Positions 25,875-40,208 of a stretch of DNA of 64,000 nucleotides are shown one piece after another. The notes beneath the pieces were generated by a model, which had not been told where the DNA came from, searched no databases, and saw only the letters and a program-made list of their open reading frames with translations. Source of the DNA: Tubiluchus corallicola (taxonomy: Eukaryota; Animalia; Priapulida). The stretch's first letter is position 1. Each line of letters begins with the position of its first letter. The stretch lies in NCBI GenBank assembly GCA_030141605.1, contig JAQGDQ010000024.1, positions 744,001 through 808,000 of the forward strand, written 5' to 3'. The position numbers and the translations under genes were made by a program.

Positions 25875-27060
25875 ACCTTTCGAGCATAAGACCATTAAGA
25901 TCAAAAATTCTGAAGCTGTTTATCAAACTGATTTTCACACATGTATGTACTTCTGTTAAGGTAAGTTCAATGCGTCATTTTTGACATTGCTTCAAAATGG
26001 GTGTTATAGAAAGGGTAAAAATTTTTATATTTGAACAAAATCATCTTTTCAGGTGATAAATGAGAAGAAATAGAGAGGTGTTTAGAAAATGATTTCCACG
26101 CTGTCAACAATCGGCTGCTTCATTATAGCGATGAGAAGAGGTTGAATGGAAAGCAATGAGCCTGTATACAAATTCAACGCCATCTTCACACATGCTTTTT
26201 AAACGCAAACAAACATCAGCAAAGTACATCAGGCGTTGATTGCACATATTCAGCATTGCAATCCATACGTCGTCTCCGCATGAATCCAGAATTCTGTTAC
26301 AAATTAGTTTCATTATTCCAGATTCTCTATGTGCAGCTCGGGACATTTCAATAAGTAGAAATTCTATCCTGTGAATGGCTAAATTACATACGCGAGAATA
26401 GGCGCCCTCGAAAATTTACAAGAAAAGAGTTACTGAAGGCCACGCATGTAGTGGCAAGACTGAAGTTTGTCTTGATCTGAAGATGTGATCTAGTACCCCC
26501 ACTTCATTAAATACATTAACCTCGTTTTTATAAGCATCAAAAACGCAAATCTTCATTTTGCATTGTAGTTCTCAGCTTATGTATAACAGTAACAGTGTCG
26601 TACAACCAACATCTGTTCCCTGAAACATTTACGCATTTTATTAAAGACGGCCGACAAAAATATACTGATTTTGAGTTAAGTAACATGCTAAACGCAATGT
26701 TTTCCAAATTCTTAAGACGCGGCACAGGGTAGACCTAATACATCACAAGGCGTAAGAATTTTATTTGCACTTTCAAAGCAGGCAAAAATCACACAAACAA
26801 CCATCAAACATCTAAAAAAACAACCTGGTGCTGAATAATTAAAAAAAGACTTAATTTTTCCTTTCTCGTGGACGTCTCTTTCCTGGGATAAAACGTTTCG
26901 GCTTTTAACATCAGAAGTTCAGATTTTCAAAACATGTTCTGCATGTTCTCACCAGAGAGAAACAGAGAAACTAGTCCAATCATGATGATGGTACAAATCC
27001 ACAATTAAAACCAAGTTTTGAAATCAAAGTTGAAAAACAGGAAATGTGAAAAAGTTGGAA

Positions 27061-27131
27061 CAACAGTCTGTATTTGAACCAGGGACCCTTCTGCTTACAG
27101 GACAGCGCCATAAATTTATGCTAGACTACCG
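27061..27131 (-). pseudogene. Degenerate tRNA-derived sequence (tRNA pseudogene or SINE head)
   Basis: CGGTAGTCTAGCATAAATTTATGGCGCTGTCCTGTAAGCAGAAGGGTCCCTGGTTCAAATACAGACTGTTG has A-box-like TAGTCTAG, a CTG..CTGTAA..CAG anticodon-like arm, B-box GGTTCAAATAC and ends that pair through several G-U pairs. The D arm is broken. Confidence 0.55.
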
Positions 27132-29200
27132 TGTTTCTCAGCGATCAAAACAGTCCAAATATATATAGCTTGCCTGCCAGTTTAGCATTCCCAGTAATTA
27201 CAAATAATTATTTTAATTACGATCACCATAGTGCTCAATTTTCACAGAATTAAGAATTAAAATGCCAAAATTGGATTTAAAATAACTGCCGTAATACAAA
27301 ATTCCCCTCGCCAATCTATTATATTTTTGAAGTGCATATTTAAAGAAGTCATTACTTAAATCTTTTATTAGCATTTCTCCTTGTGTTATGCATTTGAGAC
27401 AACCTTGACGACTTTGGGTGACATTTGCAAATGCCAGCCTTGTAGCTAATAAAATCTCATTGCGTAAAACATTGGCAGACATTTTGCCAAAGACACTGCA
27501 GCAAAATTGACGAAATGCAAACCAGCCTGCTCTCATCCGCACGTCATTATCAAAGAGATTTCACGCTACAGTAGAGATCAAACAGTATGGATGAACTTTT
27601 GCAAATAGACAAGAACAAATATTAAAATCTGTGGGATTATTTATAACGAATGAGGCTGATCAAGCGGGTTTTAGGACGTTAGTTTTAATTTGGCAAGGTT
27701 TTAATCATATATGCTGCAGTGCGTTTGTTCTATACGAGTCTTAAGCTCGTGTAATGGAATCTATACACAGTACAATGAACTGGATAAAGTGCGGCGTAAG
27801 AAACGATTATCGCTGCAACTGTAGTCGACTCAGGGAAACTAACCAGAACGAATAAATTTCGACTTAATTGAAAACACGTAAATACATAGATGGCTAAATA
27901 CTGGCTCTGAGACAATACTTTTTACAAGCAGTTTGTGAAATTTACAAAAGGAAAAATCTTTAGTCAACAGGAAAATCGAACAAAGTCGAACAAAATCGTT
28001 GTGTCTATGTCGTGTTCACAATTTTTATTTTGACTTGGGGTCAAATTTTGCAAAATAGTCGCAGGCAGCAAATGCTAAGAGGACTAAATCTACTACGGAC
28101 CAAAGCGGACTGCCATATCTACTACCAGTGTATTACCATTAAAAACATCCGAGAAATTCTCTACAGACAAAAATGTGATAAAATTATTTCGTCTTAAAAT
28201 GAAGTAGTTTGTTATCGAGTTATCCGGCCCTCTGCGGCCGAACTCTTCCGGGAGATGCATATGACATGTAAAAATCATCAATTTTCCTAGAAAAGCAGCC
28301 ATATTATCACCCGTGAGATCCGACAATAATGGACGCATAGAAAAATTCAGACATATTAATAGCATTTGTGAGACAATAAGCAAAACCGGAAAGCGCGTGC
28401 ACATCAGTAATAAGGGTATAAGCTTATAAAATATACATTATAATTCAATGCAGCATTTGGAGGCTTTTATAAGCTGCTCGACCATTAGCGCGAGCGGTTT
28501 TCTTGCTTTAGCAAAATCTATAGATTCGCACTAAATGGTAATATTTTGTATTTGCACTTTGCAGGAAGTTGAGGAATGGAAAGAGAACACATCACAAAGA
28601 TGCAGAAACGAGTTATAAATAAATTAGCAGCGGTGCGAATGAAGGAGTAAAAAAGTAGATGCAACGGATCATTAGTAAAATGTATCGAAGCATGATATAG
28701 AAAGAAAAACATGCATGAGAAAATTTCCTAAGAAAAGGCAAATCATCAGTAAACCAAGACACAAAAGGTTATGTTCTCTATTTACTAGCACTAGATTTTC
28801 TTTCTAACAGCACTGAAAGTTTCTGGTACTGAAATGCCTTTAAACAAGTGGCCCGGATGCCCGAAATAGTAGTAGCTCAGAAACGTTATAATATTATGAA
28901 TAATTTTGACCACGAAAACCGAATCAAACATCAATGTAATTTTTAAATCACAAAGTTAGGGCATTTTAATGACTTTTTGGTATAGTCATTTCTGTGACCT
29001 GTAAGCGCACAGCAAAGTAAGGATGAGTTTTTAACATGCTGGTGTGATGGGTTTGGAACAGAAGCCATTTAGCACCAAAATATGAATCACTAGCCAACTT
29101 GGACAAAAAGTAGTCAAAAAATTGACAATAACGTTAAAGTACTAACAGAGTTGAAAAAAACAAATATTACGACAATTACTAACATCACTGAAATCAATAC

Positions 29201-29270
29201 TGGTGCTCGCGAGATTCGAACTGGAAGCCCACGTAAGAGCACCACGACACTTTACCACCCGGACATGCAG
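29201..29270 (-). pseudogene. Degenerate tRNA-derived sequence ending in CCA
   Basis: A-box-like TGTCCGGGTGG and B-box-like AGTTCGAATCT at tRNA-like spacing, with 3' end GAGCACCA. The full cloverleaf does not form. Confidence 0.55.
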
Positions 29271-30267
29271 TTCTAAAATATGAAATTCAAAATTGTTAAA
29301 AATGAAAATTATTGCACTGCGGTCAAACGTCTAGCCGCCTGCTTATTTAGTTTCAAGAAAGTTGACAATATTTTTACTTAGCCTATAGCATTCTGGAGAA
29401 TTTTGCGATTCCTCAATAAAACTCTTATCAAGAGCTCTCTATGCCCGAAGTTTATAATCTAACTGTAGCTATAGCGCTACAGCGCAATATGCAATAAAGT
29501 ATAAAAATCTTAAGCCTGACAAACTGTCTTTCTCTGCGTCTTAACAGAATAAATAAATCACACATTTCTGAACATAACTGCTCATCTGCAGTCTGGAGGC
29601 ATTGAAGTCAATATTCAATATTCTCTATAGAAAATACAAAACTGCACCCGTAACAGGGTAGATGTAATGAAATCAGCAATCTTGCCTCGCAGCAGATGAA
29701 TGATTTATATTCCGAAGCAAAAATCATTTCAGATCTGCGGACTAGTATATTTGAATGTTAGTTTGTCTGTTGGCTGCATACAAATTAAGGCTGGTGCTGC
29801 AGAGTTGACGGATGCGAGGAGTGACATCTTGGGATGCTGCGGTAACTATGGGCACGCGGATAAAGATACTCATTAAAAACACATTAGCGAATATTTCACT
29901 TGGGAAGTTCGCCATAATTTTTTCTCCCAGCTGAAAGTGAATTTTTCAGTTTTACGAAAATCGCACAAGCCGCAATGATCAGGGATTTACGTCCATTTTT
30001 GGCAAATAGTTTCAAAATATTTTAATTCAGTCCAACAAGTTAACGCTCAACACAGTCAATCTACTGAATCTAGGCAATAAAAGTAAGTTAAACATTAAAA
30101 ACAGTTTATGGATTACAAACAAATGAGATGCAAAAATTGCTGCACTAATCGCGCTAATTTTAATTCAGTAACAAACAGGCGCTAAAATAATGTCTTAACT
30201 ATGCCACTGTTATTACAATAGTTATTATCACCAGCCTGAACTTAATGACTGCATTATTATCATCAAA

Positions 30268-30273
30268 CACCAC

Positions 30274-30333
<60 letters not shown>

Positions 30334-30434
30334 TAGCATCATCACTACCGTCATCGTCATCACCAACATCATCACCACCACCACCATCATATCATCATCA
30401 TCAATACCATCACATCGTCGTAATCGTCGTCATC
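30268..30434 (+). repeat. (CAT)n microsatellite with CAC/CGT degenerate flanks
   Basis: 20 perfect CAT units at 30274-30333. Confidence 0.97.
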
Positions 30435-31899
30435 TTACAACTTCGTTGTTAACACCTCCATGAAGTTTTTGTCTAAAGCTGGTGCTTTTTTCTGACATTT
30501 GCATCAAAGGCTACGTCTGCTATCATTCATTGAACTAGTCAAGGTATTTTTGATATTATCTGTAAAATCTAAAGAGTTTTTTTTGGCTTAAATTAACGCA
30601 AGGTAAGCGAGCAGTTGTGATTAAAATTAATTTTATCCCATGAAGATGTCAATTACGTTGTCTAACTGCTGATGTTTTAGACCAAACAAACAAAATATCA
30701 GCAGCTTGTACGTGAGGGTTAACGAAAGGCATTATGTTGACCAAAAAAAAACAACTTTGGAAAGGAATGCTTTGCAAGACGGCCATCTTGGAATGTTAGA
30801 GGCGAACCTAGTGTTAATCGTGAGTAAATTATGATAAAGTGATGGCTCGTTCAGCATTCTTATCGTGAGTGCGTATAAATCAAGCCAATTTCCCGCAAAC
30901 ACGAACGGGATAAATCATAATTTCTAAACCCGGATCGCTAATTATCGATCACGCCAGCCATGAATCAAGTTTTCTTAATTAGAAACAGTCGAAGAATTTC
31001 TATCCATCTTCCACTGTCTGATATATTGGCAGAAATGCACGATGACGGCTATTGACACATGCATGAATGGAAACTCATTTCACTAACATGAAAACATGTA
31101 ATTTGTCGTCTAGCGCTAACCCCGTTTCCTCTCCATACTAATATTCGCCGTAATAACTCATATAACATAGAATGGGCTTCGCTCATCAAGCTGAATCTGT
31201 CAAAATTAACTTGCATAGAAAAATTGTCTAGTACAAATCAGTTTGTTGCTTGGTAACCGGCGGCTGCGGTGCAAAATTACACGCCATAACTCACAATGCA
31301 AATCAGAGATATTCGGTTCGATTCAAAATGACAATTTCGTTTCCCCGAGGATAAAACAATCAGGGTGTTCAGACTTCCGCTAGTCTCTCTTCACTGCGAA
31401 TATTCAACTGAATGGTGGATTTTTTTTTAATTCACTGCGACTTTGGTTGTGGAGAAACCAGAAATTTGGCGTGAAGAAGATGAATAATGAGTTAGTGTAA
31501 AGAAGACGACGAGTTAAGCTTTCGACGTAGTCTAATGACAGACAAGCTTTGAATCCATTGGATTTGTTATCATGTTTGTGTAAGTTTGTTGATTACTATT
31601 CATACCAACACGGAACACCTGATTTCTGCGGTAATCTAGACAACAAATCGGTGACATAATGACCTGTTGAGAATCGCAATCAATTGTCCAATAAGATTCT
31701 GGTGAGGTATATTCCGCCAGGTAGTAATATTAATGCTGCCAGGCCTTGGTTGAATCACGGCAAAAGGGCCCCCAAGTCTGTTCATTCGGTCTAATAATTC
31801 TTACACAAAGGGCTGAGTAAGGCGAGTAGGCCTAACGATTGCTCACAGCACGACCTGGCCCATTGATCACTGTATAAATGAATCTGATTCTGATTACTC

Positions 31900-32028
<129 letters not shown>

Positions 32029-34157
32029 TAAAGATCAAAGGATTGGATATTACTTTTTTGTAATAATCAAGACACGATCATTAATGTGTTCCTATACTCA
32101 GATACAATAACGCAGTTTTACATTGAACCAACACCATTTAACGGAGGAAGAAAACTGAGTTAAGCGAGTGCAAAAACTTAATTCATCTACGATCACTAAT
32201 CGATCATTTGGTATTAAAAATACATTACATTTTGCACGCCAAGTGCCACTAAAACAACAGCTACTGTGAATTGTGAAAGAGTACTGGAAGAAGAAGTTGT
32301 CTACAGTGTTATTTGAGACGACTCCGATTCAAAGTCAGGATTTGAAACCATTATAGCAGTTTCTCACATAAGTTTAAAATTTCCATGAGTAACGTTGAGC
32401 ACATTTTAAGAATGTTTATAAACCCAGGCCAGTGGGTAAAAGACGAAAAGCCGAAATGACGTCAAGTAAAAAGCGACCAGTTGAATCGCGACTGTCAAAA
32501 ACAAAGAAAGAGACAATTTTTCAAACTTATTTTGTGAATACCGCAACAATCACAAATCAGATTTTGATAAAGATAGAACCAATGGTTATGTTTACTGGAG
32601 AAAAGTTACTGGAAGACGTCGCCAACACATTCAGTAACCATACATTGAGGAAAAACTGCCAAAACACTAAAATGTTATCAAATTTTAAGTCAATAAATTT
32701 CAAAACTATTACAGCAAGTGAAATAAGTGCTACTCAAAGTATCGCAATACAGGCAGCAGAGTCCCAAAGCCTGATATCTCAACAAAGTACCAAGCCATAT
32801 CTGTAGATTTGCAGTCATTTAAAGGGTATCCTCAAAACTTCCACCCAATGGACAGAAAACGGATTAGCATTGGATAATGTACATATAAACTAACGGTCCA
32901 CGTTCAGTAATCGATAACTGGTAAAAACCGCGCAAAATGTGAATAACTTGCCAACCACTTATAGCGTTTTGATATAGCTGACAGACAAAAGACAAAAAGG
33001 GCCTGAACACCAACGAAGAAACAACCATCAATCGACGATCAGTGATTGATAATTGATGAAAACTATCAAAAACACACCAAGCATGTTGGTAAAAAGCACG
33101 CCAAACAATTGACATTATAGAAAAAGTAACAAAATGTTCAAAATATGGTATAAACAGATAGCAAACTGTGAAGTATGGCTCAAAAATGAGGTTAGCCTAC
33201 AAGTTTGTTTTATTGTCCTTACAATTTTTTTAATATGGTCAATATTAACAAAATTCGTACTTTGTAGCAGTTTTGTGCACAGTTAACTTGTTTAAACTTT
33301 AAAGGCGTTATATGTTTTTATCTGTGTGAGACTGAGCGAGACGTTTGTTTTTGTTCTTTCATCTTATGCAGTTTTTCATATGTTTGCAATTAGAAGCATA
33401 ACATAACATTATATTACACGATGACTCTGTATGCACGTGGAGAAACCCCCCGGTGGGGAAAGTTTGAGATCGTCTTCTGGATTTACACGCTTCTTCTTTT
33501 ACCGTCATTTCAAAACCACAAGGAATCCCAGGAAAACACCAAAACTAGAAACGACTTTATTCATACTCTTTATGTACGATAGTGTTACTGATTTATGCTA
33601 TTGTGTGATATCATTTATCAATGGTTGTACACGTTTTTGAAGTGGCTATCATGCCGACAGCCCCATTATTTCCCACAATCCAACGCGCGGCTTTGTTTGA
33701 CAGATCACGCAGTAGCGTGAAAATTTGTTAAAAACTTATGCAAAATTTGAGTGATTGCATGCGGATGGATTTTAACGAGGTTCTGCCACTCATTAGCTGG
33801 AGTAATTACACGCCTAACATGGCATAGAAATTGTAATCAGAGTCCAGATTGAAATATCAGTTTTAATTATGTGCAAGCTGTTGTTATCCATGCCCATGGG
33901 AAGGCATTTTTATCGGCAACTGCGCGGCTACTGATTAATTCCAATATAACGTGAGCGACTAAAGGGAAGTGTAGAGGAATAAGACGCCGAATGTAATAGA
34001 GAAATGAAAAACAGACGGAGACGATTGAAAAACAAATTACGTAATGTAAATAATTACGTATTAAAACATAGTAAGAGTGAAGGAAGAGCTTTTAGGAAAG
34101 AAAGTGAAACAGTGTCAGCTGAACTGATCCAATATCACATAAGTATGTACAATGAAT

Positions 34158-34285
34158 TATGAAAAAGACGGTGATAATGACGATGACGGTGCTGATGACG
34201 ATGATGGTGATGATGATACTGAAAATGACGATGATAATAATAATAATAATGGTCATGAAGACGAAGAAGATGAAAACGATTAAAA
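34158..34285 (+). repeat. Degenerate (GAT/GAC/AAT)n trinucleotide tract
   Basis: Period-3 GAT-type repeats; source of the spurious Met/Ile-rich ORF. Confidence 0.85.
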
Positions 34286-34471
34286 ATAAATTACATTATT
34301 TACGTAAATATCTAAGTATGGTAAGAGTGAAAGAAACGTTTGAGGAAGTAAAGCAAAAAGTAAACGAAGCCTCATACATATCTCCTTTCCTAAAGATACC
34401 AGTGCAACACATAACAACCAGAATGCTGTCCATAACAATGGACAGATTCGTTAAGGGTTGGATTGTACATA

Positions 34472-34588
<117 letters not shown>

Positions 34589-37500
34589 GAAAGAAATAAC
34601 TAATTAATAGCTACATCGTGTTCTGATTACACTATAAGGATAGGACAAAAGCACTTACACAGCGTTTTACGAAAACAGTAACGGTACATCTACAAGTATA
34701 TCTTTATAAAAAGTATTTACAAACATGGAATGCAGGTATATCGTGTTGAAAAAAGAGGAACTTTCGCTAAAAAATAAGATTCTGTGGTAACACCTAGGTT
34801 TTCAAGAACAAAAGTGACAAGTCACGCAATAGGATTTATCCCCAATGTGCATAAACCATTTATTTCAGCTGGTCTGGTTAGCACAGCCTAGGCTCCCTCT
34901 AAAGTGATTAATACGATCCCATAAACTCATGTTTCGTCTCAAAGAGAAATGTAAAACTACAAATTTGCTTTCAGGCAAAGAGCTACGGCTTTCATATTAA
35001 GAAACCTTGCAATTCTGAATATTTCACATTCGACAAAAACCGATTACATCGCTGAGTAATATTATTTGCTGAAACCATGGTAACGGCAGAAACGAAATGA
35101 TGGAAACAAAACAAAAAGGAAAGAATAAGTGATTGGATTTGAGGATAAGAATGTAGGCTGTGATGACGTGCTGATTATGCAAGTCGCGATTTTTGGGCAG
35201 CTTATTTACACAAGTTCAGCATGCAGTAGAGGGGAAGAAAAGAGAAAGGTGTTGAAACCACACCTATTGGTAAAGTTTGAGAATGTAAAAGGTTGTATTC
35301 TGTGTGATCAGTTACCTTGGGTTCTTTAGCGGAGCAGTTACATGTACAACACATACTGTTCTAACAGTGGAAATGTTGAAGAAATGAATGGTGTAAAGAA
35401 CCGAAAAGGCTGCTACCCGAAATATTGCGTCGAAGTTAAAGAGAACTATACACGAAGAACAAACTCGCAATGGTAAGGCACAAGTATAAAGGCAAACATA
35501 TATACACGGAAAAACCACCATGAAATCATCACAATCGCCCGTTATTCAAGCCAGAAGACGGCAGAACAAAAACAAGTCCACTGTTTCAGAAATAGATTAC
35601 ATCAAATTTAACTTGCTTTTAAAACAACATTGTTGAAATTTATACAAGATGCGTTTATATTGAAACATACAATCAGCAGAACTGTCCAGACCTAACCTTG
35701 AATAGCCTCTAACAACGTATGCTTACATTAGTTAGAATGCTAAAAGAAAAGCGCTCTAGTTGAAAAGTGATCTCAGAACAAATCCTGCAAATCCGAATAA
35801 AGGACCAGAAGAAACTAAACAACCCAACCTAGCTGGAACCGCTAAAGGAGAAGTTTATAACACCACCAGTATCACCATTTACAACAGAACCTAAGATAGC
35901 GTTTAAAATTAAGAAAAGACTGTTTTTTTTATCTATGTGTGAGCATGAGTATCTTGAAGTTCCACAATAATGAGCAAAAATGTAAAAAAACCCAACGACA
36001 AGAGTATTTATAAATGATTTTGAACAAGCTGTGCTGCACTGAGGGTGTATCTGCAGACGCTTTGGAACAAACCTGTGTGACAAACCGTCTCTCTTAATAG
36101 TTCCGCATAGGATGATTCCGCCTTCTTGTAATGCGATAAAATGTTGACAATCAGCGACGAAAAATCAATCGTCTGAATAAAATAACTATCGGCAAAAAGA
36201 ATGCTGATATCTCCAGAACTCAGCCAAAGGTCACGTGACTGGCGGGAGGCGCAATGATGCATCCGATAATCTCATCTTCGTTTCAGACATTTTTTATGAT
36301 TTGAAACCAAAATAACTAAATATATGCAGTGGGTGGCACGCATGACTCATAATTATGATGGTTTCACATTTCCTTGTTTTTGAATCACAAAGGTTTTAGA
36401 AAGATTCAAATAATTTAAGTATTTTGCATCTCCTAGTTTGACTCATTGCTTGTTCAAGTAAACAATTAACAATCGTGAAAATAATTATACTTACATTATT
36501 TGAAAAATATATTACACAAAAAAAGAAAAAACAACTAAGCGATAATTTTGTCTGTCAAGCATGCAGAAAAGAAACTGGCCAATTATGACAACAAAAGATT
36601 TCACAGCAAGTTATGCAGGGCGTTTCCCACTGCGCACGACAACGTTTACAACAATAATTGACCTGGCCCGAATTAAACATGTATGATTCTACATAATTTC
36701 TGCCAGATTTATGGCGGCCGATTATAGACAAAGATGCACTGTACGAAGTATTGCGTACAGACCGAAATCTTTACGACTGACTGTATCTACCGAATAACGG
36801 GTATAATTATGTCGCTTTTATGGCGCTCTAATGAAATTTTATGAGCGCTTGATACAGAGTTATGACATTTGGCTTCAATGCTTTTCTCAGATGTAATGAG
36901 CCAGGCAAGATTATTGCAATCATAACCGGCCAGGATAGACACTCATTTCAATGTTTCTGAATTCAGGGATTCAACACGTATTATCGTGTCCCGCAGGACA
37001 ATCATTTAAGAACATCAGTGAATACTAGACTATTCATCATGTTAATCATTTGAATATTTCTAAAGTCCATACAATTCACTGCAATTATAACACTTAAATT
37101 GTCTAATGACTAATAATAATAGCAAAAATGACCAAACAATGAATTTACATAAAGTTGTACTGATATCCATTATCAGTCAAGTAAAAGTATGCGAAGGATC
37201 TTCGAATGATAATCAACAGCTATTATAACAATCTTCAACGTACCTTCCGTCAGTATGGTGTTTACATAAAGAACGTAAGATGACAATGTTTAGGTCCTAT
37301 ATGAGTTTAATTTTGATCCTGCACCGAAAAAAGGTTGCCGCATGTAAAAAAATCTATGCCAGACAGGAAATTAGTCAAATTTTTGATGTAATGAAAAATT
37401 TTCTCCAAAGTATCATCTACATAGACCGTGGAGTGCTACCTTCCGAAGAAGAGTTATTCCTTCAGGAGAAGTACCAATGTCACAGAGTAATCAACACGTG

Positions 37501-40139
37501 GGGACGGGAAATCCTTGCAGAAAATAGCGAAACAGATTTCATTCTCTGGAAACATAGAGAAAGAAAACGTGAGAAGTCCATCGCTGCATTAAACAAGGCA
37601 GAACGTAATTCTTCATGCTCATTTATTTCCAAGACTAAATTTTGTCAAAATAAAGAAATTTGTGGAACTGCGTTTCTAAACAGAAAAACAAACTACAGAA
37701 ATACATATTTTGATCAGTTTACGCTTGCTAAAAACCATCTCCAGATCCTTTATTTTATTCCAATCTTACTTTTTCTTATCAAGTCTTGTTTTAATCCATT
37801 TAGAAAAAGCAAAGTTAGTGGCTATAATTAACTAGTTTAGTATACTTTCATTTTGAGCATTAGAAATCTGAGAGGAACATATTTTTTGTGCTGTGGATCT
37901 ATTGCAATTCAAGGAAACACTTGGTAAGGATGAGATGAGAACAATTTCTGCAGATATAACTCATATGATGGCAGCAAAGAAGAAGCCGACATGATATGTT
38001 CAAACGACATATATGAAAATCGCTAGCCGGAAAACAAATAGATAACATTGTCGTTTTTACATTTGGAGTGGAAACACAGTGCCTCAGCAAGGGCGCACAC
38101 CGAGAAATCTCAATGTCTAAAAAGCAATAAGAGAAATGCAATAATTGCAGAAATAAACCATAAAACAGCCAGACTTCAAAAAATTAGACTGTGCTTACTG
38201 ACGGCAAATAAACGCTTAATAACCACAGGAAGTTTTGAATGTGTAATATTTATTCAGCGAGAGACGGGCGAGGTTCATACAACATTCACGTGCCAATACA
38301 TATGTGAGAGGGTAAAATAAACCCGTCGAAGTTGATGGGTTCATAATCAGCCGTGTATTGAGCGCCGCTGAAAAAAAACTTGCCAACATTTTTGCACAAA
38401 GCAATCACGGCAAATGTAGAAACGCGAGCAATTCCGCGTGTGTTTTCAAAAGACCAAGGCGTCGGACTTGCATATTTGTATAACAGTTATGAGTAAAGAA
38501 GGTATTGTCTGTCGCAGAACTATACGTCCCAGCCAAATGGTGTCTGATTTTGGTAGCAATAAAATGGTTTGATTTTCCAATTAGTAGAACAAAAGCAACT
38601 CGCAGAAACGTGCAAAAGTAAGAAAAGTGGTCAGTAAGCAACTGAAAGGATTTTAGTAGCGACTGTAATGGCATGGTAATAATATCTGCAAATTCACACA
38701 CACGAATAACTGATAGTTATCAAGACATGGATTCGTAACCTAAAAAAATACACTTCGCAGTGTATTTCCCGTATTAAGGGCGTCATTCCTATCCTCAATC
38801 AGCTTATAAAACATTTGAATAAAACAGGAGCTACTTTTATGCAGTTGTTAGCCTTCTTTGTAGAGACAATAGGGGGAAAGGAATTATGGAGATTTGGTCC
38901 CAAGACGGACCAAGGGCTCTACCTGTCAAATCAGTTACTCGTGCTCATAGAGGCCTAACTCTTGCTGCACTGATAGGCAACCTCTGATCAAAGCTTGCTG
39001 ACTTATCCATTGTGCCGCTGCATTTCCAATGTTTTTGCATTAAAATTGCAAATAATTATTTTACTTTGCTATGTTATTATAAGTAATGCTATCTCCTCTG
39101 ACAGAGTGCAAGACGTTAAAGAAGAGGCACAAGCAACCTTGCCTAAGAAATACCCTGTACTAATGAGTTAGCAAGAGCTTTAATCAGCCTGAAATTTCTC
39201 AGCATTACGTGTTCAGGAGATGTCATTTTCTAAATAGAGGACAAAAATAATTCAAATAATCGGGCGCTCGTGTAAGCACAAAGACGTTTTTATCAATTTA
39301 TTTCATCTTTTCACGTTTTTCTTAAAAGCTCAGCTCTGATTATGAGAGCAAAACAAATGCAATAGAAACTACTCAGCGTGCAATAATTACCCAAGTATAA
39401 GAAGAGACGAGCAAAGGGCAGACGCAGAAGATGTGCGAAGGAACGACTGTGGTGTCGAGCTCGACTGCAGCTCCGACGGCATAGCTTCCCAACAAACAAC
39501 TTTAGAAAACAATAAGCCCAGGTAATGGATGTTTACAAACAATGCGGCGATAAATGGATTTTTTGAGGGTGGATGCGACTTAAATGTGGGACACGTAAAT
39601 GCGCTATTATGGATGCGGTCCTCAGTCGTGTCAATTTACATGCGAACAATAATGAGTATAATCACAGCTTGATTCCTCGCTATTCCCATTCTCCCGCGGA
39701 TTATACATGTAATAATACGCTTCCATTAACGAAGCCTTCTCGGGCGAAGAAAAATGACAAAAAGTTGAGAGTATGCATGCGTTTTGTGTCAGTGACAGAC
39801 CGGCCAAGCCGCAGCCGTTGTCAGTTGCACACGGTGATCGCATCTTAGAAAGCTAATGTATTACACGATGAAAGCAAGACATTCAGGTGGCTCAGGACAG
39901 GGTGCGGGCGTCCAGCATATGCCCAAAAAAAACTAGACAGTCAGAATAAATGGATGGAACAATAAATGATAATGATGAAGATTAAGTCGAAATGGAAATA
40001 CTTTCCAACAGCCATTTTTTTGTTTTTTGAAGCTCAGTTTCGTTTCCCATATTAATGGTAGTGATGTACTCTACACTTGAAAAAGCGTGTTTTTTTTAGT
40101 TAGGGATATTAGTAATATCGTTGAGGATTTATTGAATTC

Positions 40140-40208
40140 ATGGTTGTTGTTATCGTCGTCGTCGTCGTTGTTGTTGTTGCTGCTGCTGCTGTTATTGTTA
40201 TTGTTGTT
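40140..40208 (+). repeat. Compound (GTT)/(GTC)/(GCT) trinucleotide repeat
   Basis: Successive runs of gtt, gtc, gtt, gct and gtt/att. Confidence 0.9.

Noticed and set aside
32880-33115. Two ~28-bp similar units 136 bp apart (near 32900 and 33036)
   Set aside because: Too degenerate to define a repeat or element with confidence.
37280-37831. 183-aa plus-strand ORF
   Set aside because: No recognisable domain, AT-driven composition and no supporting splice structure.
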